The notes under the pieces are model-generated. The model saw nothing but the letters and a program-made list of their open reading frames with translations, searched no databases and was not told the origin of the DNA. 26,915 bases of DNA from a virus (Duplodnaviria; Heunggongvirae; Uroviricota; Caudoviricetes), in the IMG/VR virus record IMGVR_UViG_3300042892_004104, one strand, 5' to 3'. Below, in pieces: positions 1 through 8,717 of the stretch. Every line of letters starts with the position of its first letter. Positions within the stretch are counted from its first letter, which is position 1. A program made the translations under genes and the position numbers.

Positions 1-1
1 A

Positions 2-76
2 GCAATCAGTTACAACAAGTTTGACACCAATACCCAGTCTCGCTTGACAGCAAATCAAATTATATTTGGAGTTTAA
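2..76 (+). CDS. 3' end of an upstream gene (partial, ...AISYNKFDTNTQSRLTANQIIFGV*)
   Basis: Frame 2 is open from the window edge to TAA at 74-76, 3 nt before the next ATG. Its last codons supply a GGAG Shine-Dalgarno for the next gene. Confidence 0.55.
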   Translation, partial: AISYNKFDTNTQSRLTANQIIFGV

Positions 77-79
77 TAA

Positions 80-3000
80 ATGGCACGACAACGATTATAC
101 GACTACGTATTCACACCAGGCACAGCAGGTCTTGGCACAATCAAAGTACCTGGGCGTTATGCCTTGTCAGATTTTTTGGCCATTTACGACACCACAGTAA
201 ATGTCAACATCTACAATTTTGGTGACCCTGTTCTAGGCGGCACAGTAAGTTATACCGCATCCGTCACTGCTGATTTCCCTACAGCATATGATGGTGTGAC
301 CACACTGGCCCTGGACCTCAACACCAACACTCTGAGTGGCAGTGACAAACTGGCAGTCTATGTAGAAAATACAGATTTAGAAACAAGACCATGGCCATTT
401 GGCGAAGATGCCATTGGTCGCCAGCGTGTGTCTAATCCTACTGCACTGATTGACGCTGACTTTGAATACGGTCTGCAGAATACCAAATGGCAAAATTTTT
501 CAACCAACAACAATATTCCTGGGTTCTACGAAGACACAGGTGCTGATTTAAATATTTCAACCAATGGATATGTGTCTTTGATTGCTGGCGACGATGTGAT
601 TACCAGCAACGTGGACACTGCAGTACGTCTCAGCAATGCTGGCACTGCACCCTGGATTGCCAATGACTTTGCACTGCTGATCAGTCAAACACAAGGCAAT
701 ACAACACCTTTTGTGAGTACTCATTTGACTGCCAACGTGCTGAGCCCACAAGAACGTGAATTCACAGTGGCCAGTTCCACGGGATTTGCAGCAGGCGACC
801 AGGTGGTAATTATTCCTAAACCAACTTCGGGCGGCACCACTGTTGCTACCACTATCACTAGTACTGCCACAACCACTGTGGTGGTTGCCAATGCTAGTAC
901 AGCAGGCATTGTTGATGGCACTTACGTGATTGTGGCCACTGACACAGCCAATGTGTTTGAAACCATGGCAGTGACCAACGTCAGCACCAACACACTCACT
1001 GTGGTTCGTCAGACCAACAACACCAACGGTGCCGGAGTCAATATCACGTCAGGCAATGCTATTTTTGTTGTGCCGCAGATTGAAGTGGCAAGTGTGATTG
1101 AAGTTCCTGACGGAACTTCAATTGATCTTACACGTGGCTGGTACAACATTCCGTCTGTGTCATCTGCTGCCATTGGATCAATTGTTCAAAAGCTGAGTGG
1201 CAACGTTGAACTAGTTCAACACACTGCTATCAGCACTGCGGTCAACGGTGTTCAGACCATTAGTCGAAGCGCCTACGGTACCACAGCATTGACCGCTGCT
1301 GCATCAGGATCCTTGATGGTCAGAATGACTGGCGTTTACAACACCAGTGCTGATCCTGATCTACCAATTGTGGGCGTCAATGCTCCTGATCATGGAGTAC
1401 CTGAATTTGGTTATGTAAACGCTATCAACCTGGAACAAAGCCAAGCCGAAGGCGAGAGCATTGTAACTGACCAAGGCTACAACGTCAATAACTTTGCATT
1501 TATTACTTTTGGTCCTGTTGTAGCACCAGCAGTGGGATTTCCACTAAACCGCGACGATACCGTGCTGCGTCAAGCCTACGCATTTACCGGTGCTGATCTT
1601 GACATTTTGAGCATTGCTGGTAACGGTTCTGATCCTGCTACCATCACAGTGACCACACGATATGCGCACGGCCTGGTGCCGGGCACCACAATCATTGCCA
1701 ACTTGACCGCAGGAACCAATTATCTCTACGGTACAGGCAACTTCTTTGTGCTGAGTGTGCCCAGCACCAGCACATTTACCTACACAGCCAAAACAGGTGC
1801 TGCAGTGTCAGGTGCGTTGACAGGTGAGATCAATGTGCGTTCCAGTGCTGTGTTCTTGCCAAGACCATTTGATGGCGGTGTTGTCATGAGTGCAGGAGCA
1901 CCCACCCGCGGTGCCAGTGCAATTCGACAAACCAAAAAATACTTCCGCTATCAGTCAGGTAAAGGCCTGTTGTTTACATCTGGTACCATGCTCAAACCCA
2001 CATTTGACATTGTGGCCATTTCAGCTGCTGGAACTGCAGTCAACAGTGACATCACAGTTGAGACGGACATTGAACACGGATTAAATCCTGGTGCAGTGAT
2101 AGAACTGTCGGGTATTGATGCCACGGGCTACAATTTTTCTGGATATGTGGTATCTAGCATTGTGAGCGATGTGTCATTCATAGTAGAAGCACAAGCCACA
2201 TTAGAAACTGCCACACCTGACCTGGCACCCCAGCCTCGAGTCAATGTAGAAGCCTGGCACGGTGCCAGTGTGCGAGCTGGTATATTTGATGATCAAAACG
2301 GCTTGTTCTGGGAATGTGACGGCCAAAGCATCAACGTGGTACAGCGTAGCAGTACATTCCAGGTGGCTGGTCGAGTCAGCGTGGGCACAGGTTCTAACCT
2401 TGTGGTTGGTGACGATGTGAGTCGTTTCCAAGAACAACTCAACAACGGCGATCAAGTGGTCATTCGCGGAATGACGCACACAGTCACAGGTATCCTCAGC
2501 GAAAAGCGTATGACCGTGGTTCCCACTTATCGCGGCGTGTCCAATGAAAATGGTGTAAAAATGTGTCTACGGCAGGAAATAAGAGTACGTCAATCTGACT
2601 TCAACATTGATGTGTTAGATGGCACAGGACCCAGCGGTTACACACTGGATTCAGGACGTATGCAGATGTTGGGGATTGAATACTCGTGGTACGGTGCTGG
2701 TTATGCACAATGGATGATCCGTGGCCAACGCGGCGAAATGATTCCTGCGCATCGCAAACCCAACAACAACATCAACTACGAAGCCTACATGCGGTCAGGT
2801 AACTTGCCAGCACGTTACGAGGCCATCAACGACACTCCTGTTGTGGGTCTAGCTGCTGCAATCAACGATGCTGTGACCAGTATTGTGTTGACCGACGCCA
2901 CAGACTATCCTGACGCTAGTGTAGACTATCCTGTGTTTGTGATGATTGAAAGCGAAATTATTAAGTACTCTGGCAAAACCGTCAACACCTTGACAGGTTG

Positions 3001-4048
3001 TACACGGGCTGCAACGTTCACTCAGTGGATCCAAGGACAAAACCGTTCATTTACCAGTTCGGCTGCTGTCAGTCATGCTGTCAACACAGGTGTGATCTTG
3101 ATCTCCAATACCTGTACTCCAGTGGTCAATCACTGGGGTAGTAGTGTAATCATGGACGGCGGATTTGATGAAGATGCTGCTTTCCAGTATACCTACAACA
3201 GAACCAACTTTGGTTTGCCAGCCACTGTTGGTGAAAAAGAACTGGTGTTTGCCATGAGATTGGCTCCCAGCGTCAGCAACGGTATCATTGGTAACCTAGG
3301 CGATCGCGACCTGATCAACCGCTCACAGTTGAGTCTGGTGAGTCTCAACGTGCAGGGCACAGCAGGACGTTATCTTGTGGAAGGCATCTTGAATCCCAAC
3401 AACATTGATAGTGCCAATACCAGTTGGCAGGGACTAAACAACACCGGCGGCGGGTTCCAGCCCAGTTTCAGTCAGTTTACTGTGGCTCCCACCTACGAAG
3501 GCACTGCAACTGGCGGTGTCACTGGCGCTCCTCTAAACACTGCAGGCGGCTTTTCAAGATCTGGTGTCAAAACAACCAGTTCTAAATCTAGAAATTTTGC
3601 AAACTTGGTTCCGGTAGTGGTGTCGTCAGCCACAGGTGCCAACGCAGTGCTGAGTGTGAGTCTTACTGGAGCAGGAACCACATACAGCACCACTACCACT
3701 AGTATCACAGTTCAGAATGCAGGCACAGGATACGCAGTGGGCGACACATTAAAAATCTTGGGCAATGTGATTGGTGGTGCCACACCTGCCAACGACTTGG
3801 CATTGACCGTGTTGACTGTGACTATTGAAATTACAGGCGGTGAACGACTGTTTGCTATTCCAGTCAACACCACCACAGGCGGCTTTCTAGATCTCAGCGC
3901 TGTCAAACAGATTGGTACCAGTGCTATTCCAGGAGCAGGAACTTATCCCAATGGTCCCGAAGTGTTGGCTGTGCAAATCACAGCATTGACCACACAAACA
4001 ACACCAACTGGCGACGTGCAACTGAGTTTTAGAGAAAGCCAGGCCTAA
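80..4048 (+). CDS. Large virion structural protein (baseplate/fibre-associated, beta-rich), 1322 aa
   Basis: Long Thr/Gly/Val/Ala-rich ORF. Motifs DAIGRQRVSNPTALIDADFEYG and IRQTKKYFRYQSGKG resemble structural proteins of large T4-like aquatic phages. Contains repeated small beta modules (ITVTTRYAHGL, ITVETDIEHGL). Confidence 0.7.
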   Translation: MARQRLYDYVFTPGTAGLGTIKVPGRYALSDFLAIYDTTVNVNIYNFGDPVLGGTVSYTASVTADFPTAYDGVTTLALDLNTNTLSGSDKLAVYVENTDLETRPWPFGEDAIGRQRVSNPTALIDADFEYGLQNTKWQNFSTNNNIPGFYEDTGADLNISTNGYVSLIAGDDVITSNVDTAVRLSNAGTAPWIANDFALLISQTQGNTTPFVSTHLTANVLSPQEREFTVASSTGFAAGDQVVIIPKPTSGGTTVATTITSTATTTVVVANASTAGIVDGTYVIVATDTANVFETMAVTNVSTNTLTVVRQTNNTNGAGVNITSGNAIFVVPQIEVASVIEVPDGTSIDLTRGWYNIPSVSSAAIGSIVQKLSGNVELVQHTAISTAVNGVQTISRSAYGTTALTAAASGSLMVRMTGVYNTSADPDLPIVGVNAPDHGVPEFGYVNAINLEQSQAEGESIVTDQGYNVNNFAFITFGPVVAPAVGFPLNRDDTVLRQAYAFTGADLDILSIAGNGSDPATITVTTRYAHGLVPGTTIIANLTAGTNYLYGTGNFFVLSVPSTSTFTYTAKTGAAVSGALTGEINVRSSAVFLPRPFDGGVVMSAGAPTRGASAIRQTKKYFRYQSGKGLLFTSGTMLKPTFDIVAISAAGTAVNSDITVETDIEHGLNPGAVIELSGIDATGYNFSGYVVSSIVSDVSFIVEAQATLETATPDLAPQPRVNVEAWHGASVRAGIFDDQNGLFWECDGQSINVVQRSSTFQVAGRVSVGTGSNLVVGDDVSRFQEQLNNGDQVVIRGMTHTVTGILSEKRMTVVPTYRGVSNENGVKMCLRQEIRVRQSDFNIDVLDGTGPSGYTLDSGRMQMLGIEYSWYGAGYAQWMIRGQRGEMIPAHRKPNNNINYEAYMRSGNLPARYEAINDTPVVGLAAAINDAVTSIVLTDATDYPDASVDYPVFVMIESEIIKYSGKTVNTLTGCTRAATFTQWIQGQNRSFTSSAAVSHAVNTGVILISNTCTPVVNHWGSSVIMDGGFDEDAAFQYTYNRTNFGLPATVGEKELVFAMRLAPSVSNGIIGNLGDRDLINRSQLSLVSLNVQGTAGRYLVEGILNPNNIDSANTSWQGLNNTGGGFQPSFSQFTVAPTYEGTATGGVTGAPLNTAGGFSRSGVKTTSSKSRNFANLVPVVVSSATGANAVLSVSLTGAGTTYSTTTTSITVQNAGTGYAVGDTLKILGNVIGGATPANDLALTVLTVTIEITGGERLFAIPVNTTTGGFLDLSAVKQIGTSAIPGAGTYPNGPEVLAVQITALTTQTTPTGDVQLSFRESQA

Positions 4049-4051
4049 ACG

Positions 4052-4483
4052 TCACAAAAGATCCTGCTCCACACGCAGGATTTTTTGTTGCACAGCATCA
4101 ATGTTGATGGTATTCCACAGGCCCGGGTGCATGGGTCGTGGAAAGATTCCGGCATCAATCCAGGCATAACCCAGATGCTCATGATTTAGTCTGGGAGTAA
4201 ACTCTGTGGCCAACACACATACCCAGGTGTGATATTCAAAAGCACCGTCAGAGGTAGTGAATTTTTCTATTGGAATCAGTCGCAAGTAAGTGGGAAAGCT
4301 GCCTAGTTCTTCAATACACTCACGTTCCATACCGCCCAGCAAGGTCTCTCCAGGCTCTAGTTTGCCGCCAGGCAGTCCCCAAGCACCAGGATGCTTGGAG
4401 TCGTTGCGTAACAGATACAGATAACGACCAGTGTCCAGGCTGCGAAACCAAACACCTACTGCTTTTAAAGCACCAGACTCCAT
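4052..4483 (-). CDS. NUDIX hydrolase (~143 aa)
   Basis: Nudix box GGKLEPGETLLGGMERECIEELG matches GX5EX7REUXEEXG. The ATG at 4483 (MESGALKAVG) is preferred because it overlaps only the last codons of the upstream gene. Confidence 0.9.
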   Translation of the reverse strand: MESGALKAVGVWFRSLDTGRYLYLLRNDSKHPGAWGLPGGKLEPGETLLGGMERECIEELGSFPTYLRLIPIEKFTTSDGAFEYHTWVCVLATEFTPRLNHEHLGYAWIDAGIFPRPMHPGLWNTINIDAVQQKILRVEQDLL

Positions 4484-5859
4484 GTGCCTCCAGGATAGAC
4501 CCCTTGATAACTTTTGACCCATCCTGAGCCAAGCCATTCGTATTGAATACTGGTTGTGATATTGGTCACATACTGACCCGCACTGGCACCTGCTGCTCTG
4601 AACATTACCCGCCAGTAGCCGTTGACATACTCGATGATATCGTTGGCTTCAGCCACCAGTGGACGACCATTGGCACCCAGCCAAGCCACAGGGTTGAACT
4701 CGTTGTTGCGATCACCAGTGGCCTCTACCAGGAGATAGCGTTGCCCTTCCACAGCAGAATCCAGGCCGTCTTGTGGTCCACTCACCAGTGGATCAATCAC
4801 AGCGTCTACAGGTGCCAGAGTGTTTTGTGGCAACGTGTCTGAATCAGGATCAAAAATTACAAAACGATCGTCGCTGGGATCTAGTGCAATGGTACCAATT
4901 ACTTCGGTGCCGTTGTCTTGTTCAAGACGCAGTTGACTTACTCCAGGTCTCAGTGTACCATACATGTCAATCACAGCAGGCCATAACAGGTTGCTGTCAG
5001 AAACTACAGCATTGGGATCAAGTGAGTCGTTGGCTTCAACCGATGTAAGTGTGGGCTGCAGACATTGAATCTTGTTGCCCACAACCACAAGTCCATAGTT
5101 GAACGGAGTGATACGTTGTCTAGTGCCCAGCAACAGATCATTGTTGGTCACAGCTTCATTTAGGTCGCCCTGAGCATCGTACATGGAAGCAATCACACGC
5201 TCTACCACGCCTAGTTTCTTGACCTTGGCAGGAGAACTGATCCAGATAGGCAAGTTAAATTTGAGAGTAGCAATGTCAATTGTGTCCTGAGCACCCATTG
5301 GGATAGTCCTGGAAGTCCACACAGATGATTCTAGTTCTACTATGCTGAGACTGGTCCAGTCAATGTAGTTGTCTGTGCTTTGAATTTCTAAACTGGGGTT
5401 GAACAGGGTCAACATCTGTTCTAGAATCTGAAACTTTTGGTTGGTGTTGGAAGTCCAAATATCTAGCGTGATGCCCAGTTTGTAGGGCACAGGCATCAGC
5501 CTTTCAATGGTAAAAGCATTGCCTTGTGTGTTTTCGTATGTTTCTGTAGACTCATCGTAGGTTCTTTGTCGCACAGCAATCTTGCTCACAAATGTTGGAT
5601 CCTGCATTCTAGGACGGTCGTAGTCTAATCCAGAAACATAAAATGTCATCAGTGGACTAGCCGGCATGGAGTTACGACTGTTTTCCTGAATGATGTTTTG
5701 TGCATTGCGACTGGCATCGCCGTAGCGAACAGGCACACGAAGTAATGCAGCGTTTTCGCTGTTTTCTTCTCGCCCATACTCTACCTGGAAGTTGCTGCAG
5801 ATTCTAGTAAACTGCAGCAAGAACCGTCTTATCTGATTGTCATAAAAAAATTGTTGAAT
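4465..5859 (-). CDS. T4 gp15-like tail terminator / sheath stabiliser with C-terminal extension; probable ATT start at 5859
   Basis: Motifs RVPVRYGD, TIERLMPVPYKLGITLDIW and QILEQMLTLFNP are typical of the gp15 family, and the gene follows a gp14-like gene. The frame extends upstream of the TTG at 5820 to ATT-CAA-CAA-TTT-TTT-TAT (QQFFYDNQIRRFL), 7 nt after TAAGGAG. Confidence 0.8.
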   Translation of the reverse strand: MQQFFYDNQIRRFLLQFTRICSNFQVEYGREENSENAALLRVPVRYGDASRNAQNIIQENSRNSMPASPLMTFYVSGLDYDRPRMQDPTFVSKIAVRQRTYDESTETYENTQGNAFTIERLMPVPYKLGITLDIWTSNTNQKFQILEQMLTLFNPSLEIQSTDNYIDWTSLSIVELESSVWTSRTIPMGAQDTIDIATLKFNLPIWISSPAKVKKLGVVERVIASMYDAQGDLNEAVTNNDLLLGTRQRITPFNYGLVVVGNKIQCLQPTLTSVEANDSLDPNAVVSDSNLLWPAVIDMYGTLRPGVSQLRLEQDNGTEVIGTIALDPSDDRFVIFDPDSDTLPQNTLAPVDAVIDPLVSGPQDGLDSAVEGQRYLLVEATGDRNNEFNPVAWLGANGRPLVAEANDIIEYVNGYWRVMFRAAGASAGQYVTNITTSIQYEWLGSGWVKSYQGVYPGGTWSLVL

Positions 5860-5870
5860 TTTGTTTCTCC

Positions 5871-7181
5871 TTAGCCGCCGTTGTCAGCTCGAGGTTTCAG
5901 TATTTCTGACAGACTCTGACGACTTGGAATTGTGCCACGGTCTGTGGTGGTCACTGTGTCAGTGTTATTTACAAAGCCGCTGCGTTGGGTCTTGTTATTT
6001 GGCCCATTGTTGAGATCAGTTCGTACAGCATCTTCAATTTTGACCCACACTCGGCCATCATAACGGAACAAACGATTGGGTTTGTAGTCTAGACGAAGTA
6101 CATAATCCCCACTGACTGGATTCAATGGAAAAGCAATACCTGTGGTAACCGGAAGTCCATTGGGAACAGCATCACCAGTCAGGTAACCTCTAGTGTAGCC
6201 TGGGCTGTCGGGAGTCACGGACATGCCGCCCTGTGTGCCGTCCACAGTCACGTCTGAATCATCACCAGTTAAATTTGTGGGATTAGCAGGAGCACCGTTG
6301 ATAGTGGGCTCTATATAGAACTGTTGTGTGTCGTAGCCTGACAACGGAACTTCAATATCGGCCTGTGTAAGTATGGCATCATTGATTTCTTGATCTTTGG
6401 GTCTGGTACTAAACACATCGCTTTCGGTCAGCGGAGTGTACAAGGACCAGAAGGTGGAATTGGTTATGGCAGTACCAGCGGGTGTGTTTTGAGTGGCTCG
6501 ATAGTACACATCACCTTGGTTCACAATTGAACCCATGGGGTAGAAATTGCCATCATCCCAGATGTTTTCGCTCACAACAGGTGCTTTCAATATGTCTTTG
6601 ACTTCTTGTGCATTGGTCATTGGCGTGGCTTTGACTCGCCAGGTGTGCGGTTGCCAAGTTTGGGCAAAGCCCTCGCTTGCAAAAGCAGCGTCTTGAATCA
6701 TGTAGTACTTGGGCAAAGGCACAGGAATCGCAGTGTTCAAGGGATTGTAGTCTTTGAGATTGGGCACTTCTAGCACATCACCGTTCATGAGCTTGCGACC
6801 AAAAGTGTCAATCATGTCATTGTAGTGAAATGTAATAAACAAGGTATCATTGTTGAGAAACAGGCCAAACTGTGACAGGTCAAAATCCACGTCTTGTGTT
6901 TGGTAAACACCCCGCATGACATATACATCTTGATCATAGATTCTGTCACGGTTTTCCAACAACAGCAAGTCTTGAATGTTTAATGGACTGAGTTCATCAT
7001 ATATAGGCTGTGTGGCATCGTAGTTGCCGCTGACGGCAGAATCTTCGCCGCCTGTTTGCGGTCCAAGATATTTGTGCACAAAAAGATCCAGGCCGCCCAC
7101 AGTGTACATTTCACTGATGGTACGATCCATAAATTGATAATCTCGTGTGCGGTTAGGGCGGTAAAGTGACAGGCGTGGCAT
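5871..7181 (-). CDS. Neck / head-closure protein, T4 gp14-like, 436 aa
   Basis: Motif DFDLSQFGLFLNNDTLFITFH...GRKLMNGDVL resembles the gp14 family. It lies directly upstream of the gp15-like gene and has a late promoter motif upstream. Confidence 0.7.
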   Translation of the reverse strand: MPRLSLYRPNRTRDYQFMDRTISEMYTVGGLDLFVHKYLGPQTGGEDSAVSGNYDATQPIYDELSPLNIQDLLLLENRDRIYDQDVYVMRGVYQTQDVDFDLSQFGLFLNNDTLFITFHYNDMIDTFGRKLMNGDVLEVPNLKDYNPLNTAIPVPLPKYYMIQDAAFASEGFAQTWQPHTWRVKATPMTNAQEVKDILKAPVVSENIWDDGNFYPMGSIVNQGDVYYRATQNTPAGTAITNSTFWSLYTPLTESDVFSTRPKDQEINDAILTQADIEVPLSGYDTQQFYIEPTINGAPANPTNLTGDDSDVTVDGTQGGMSVTPDSPGYTRGYLTGDAVPNGLPVTTGIAFPLNPVSGDYVLRLDYKPNRLFRYDGRVWVKIEDAVRTDLNNGPNNKTQRSGFVNNTDTVTTTDRGTIPSRQSLSEILKPRADNGG

Positions 7182-7188
7182 AGTCGAG

Positions 7189-7196
7189 TATTTATG
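7189..7196 (-). promoter_or_regulatory. T4-type late promoter (CATAAATA) for the gp14-gp15-NUDIX unit
   Basis: One mismatch to TATAAATA, 7 nt upstream of the ATG at 7181. Confidence 0.7.
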
Positions 7197-7202
7197 GGCA
7201 GA

Positions 7203-7231
7203 TTGACCAATAATCGAACAAGTGCTACAAT
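7203..7231 (+). promoter_or_regulatory. Sigma70-type promoter TTGACC-17nt-TACAAT with extended -10 TGn
   Basis: -35 at 7203-7208 and -10 at 7226-7231, exact 17 nt spacer, ATG 6 nt downstream. Confidence 0.8.
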
Positions 7232-7237
7232 AGCTGT

Positions 7238-7507
7238 ATGAAAGTAGTCAAACTGAACCGCAGATTTCGCCAGTTCCGAGAACATGGACACACTGTGGGC
7301 CTGAGATTTCCTAGCTACACTGAATCTGTACCATACGAAATAACAGTCAGAACCCGATTAGACCCTGGTGGCGGGCGGCATGATCTATGGTACAGTTACT
7401 TTGGGCATGGCCGGGTAGATGGGTACCGTCCGTATTGGATCACATTCCGCAATGAAACAGATGCTACTTTAGTACTACTTTCTGCTGACTTGACCAAAAA
7501 TGGGTAA
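7238..7507 (+). CDS. Hypothetical early protein, 89 aa
   Basis: ORF fills the space between two sigma70 promoters. It is basic and aromatic-rich, with no recognised family. Confidence 0.7.
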   Translation: MKVVKLNRRFRQFREHGHTVGLRFPSYTESVPYEITVRTRLDPGGGRHDLWYSYFGHGRVDGYRPYWITFRNETDATLVLLSADLTKNG

Positions 7508-7518
7508 TCTGCTATAAT
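7490..7518 (+). promoter_or_regulatory. Sigma70-type promoter TTGACC-17nt-TATAAT with extended -10
   Basis: -35 at 7490-7495 and consensus -10 at 7513-7518, preceded by TGC. Confidence 0.85.
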
Positions 7519-7543
7519 TACTGATATGATTAAAGGAGCCACC

Positions 7544-8686
7544 GTGAAATCTGCTGTAGCAAACAAACCCGTAAAACCTCTAAATCCACGCAGTGCAGAC
7601 ACCAATGTCATGGGACCAGAACCCACCTGGCGCGAACAGCCCATCAGCAACAGGACCAGTCAAATGACTGCTGCCTTTTCCTGGTACAATTACTTTTACG
7701 GCAAAAAAGATGCTCGTGACATGATTGTTAACTATCTGGAACTGCATGGACGCAAAGCCGATGTTCGTGCTCTCAAAGGCGTGCCTGATTCAGACATTCG
7801 ATTAACTGCCGGATGGTTGTGCAGAATGAGCATGGTGGGACTAGAACTGTCTGACCATGAACAAATCAAACTAGACAACATGCTGACACAACTGGTTGCA
7901 GTCAAACAACAAGAAGTTCCAGTAGAATCCGCAGAACCTGTGGTGGCACGTCTGACCATTCAGGATCGGTTGCGTGAAAAAGTAAGCGAGTGTGCTGGTG
8001 AACTGGACGGCCTATTTGATGAGTTTATTTTGGCCGGCGCCAAAATGAGTGCAGACTACAAGCCAATTATGTTGATCCGTGGCATGAATGTGGCGCCACA
8101 AATGGTAAGTTCTTTGGCTGATATTTGGAAACGCAAGCAGGCCGAGTTTGAAGAAGTTGTCAAAGGCAAAGACGCACAACTGGTAGAAGGCTACGGATAT
8201 CTCAGCAAAATACAACTGCGCAATGTGCTAAAGTTTTGCGAAACAGTGATCAACGACTGCGGCGCATATGTACAGATTAAAAAGGTCGAGCGCAAGCCAC
8301 GTGCAGTCAAAGCAGTGACACCAGAAAAACGTGCAGCCAAGTTCAAGGTCTCAATGGAATTCGCTGATCTCAAACTCAAGGGATTGCCTGCCGCAAGCCT
8401 GGTGGAAAAAACAGAAGCCTGGCTGTATGACACCAAGAAACGCAAGCTGATACACATTGTGGCAGACTCGCATGCAGGATCGTTTACTGTAAAAAGCAAT
8501 TCGATCATTGGATTCAGTGTGTCAGAGAGCATGCAAAAGACTGTGCGTAAACCCGTAGAAGTAGTCAAGGCCATGCAGGCCGCAGGCAAACCAGCTGCTA
8601 GGAAAATCTACAAAGATCTAACCACTACTGAAACAGGGTTCAACGGTCGCGGCACCGAAAACTTGGTAATCCTCAAGAGCTGGTAA
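7544..8686 (+). CDS. Basic hypothetical protein of T4-like phages (~380 aa)
   Basis: Long Lys-rich ORF. GTG at 7544 follows an AAAGGAG Shine-Dalgarno; the alternative start is ATG 7526. Function not recognised. Confidence 0.75.
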   Translation: MKSAVANKPVKPLNPRSADTNVMGPEPTWREQPISNRTSQMTAAFSWYNYFYGKKDARDMIVNYLELHGRKADVRALKGVPDSDIRLTAGWLCRMSMVGLELSDHEQIKLDNMLTQLVAVKQQEVPVESAEPVVARLTIQDRLREKVSECAGELDGLFDEFILAGAKMSADYKPIMLIRGMNVAPQMVSSLADIWKRKQAEFEEVVKGKDAQLVEGYGYLSKIQLRNVLKFCETVINDCGAYVQIKKVERKPRAVKAVTPEKRAAKFKVSMEFADLKLKGLPAASLVEKTEAWLYDTKKRKLIHIVADSHAGSFTVKSNSIIGFSVSESMQKTVRKPVEVVKAMQAAGKPAARKIYKDLTTTETGFNGRGTENLVILKSW

Positions 8687-8690
8687 TGAC

Positions 8691-8717
8691 TAAATATAAG
8701 GAACGGAGTTCCTTATG
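8691..8717 (+). promoter_or_regulatory. Late promoter core TAAATA overlapping an RBS-sequestering hairpin ATAAGGAAC-GGA-GTTCCTTAT
   Basis: TAAATA at 8691-8696. Perfect 9 bp inverted repeat at 8696-8704 / 8708-8716 covers the SD and the AT of the gp13 ATG. Confidence 0.75.

Noticed and set aside
557-3906. Many 60-140 aa antisense or alternate-frame ORFs here and inside the sheath, 838 aa and fibre genes
   Set aside because: They lie wholly within long, well-supported genes, lack SDs or promoters, and are expected shadows of biased codon usage.
4484-4537. Longer NUDIX start given in the ORF track
   Set aside because: It overlaps the gp15-like gene by over 70 nt. The ATG at 4483 gives a normal Nudix length.
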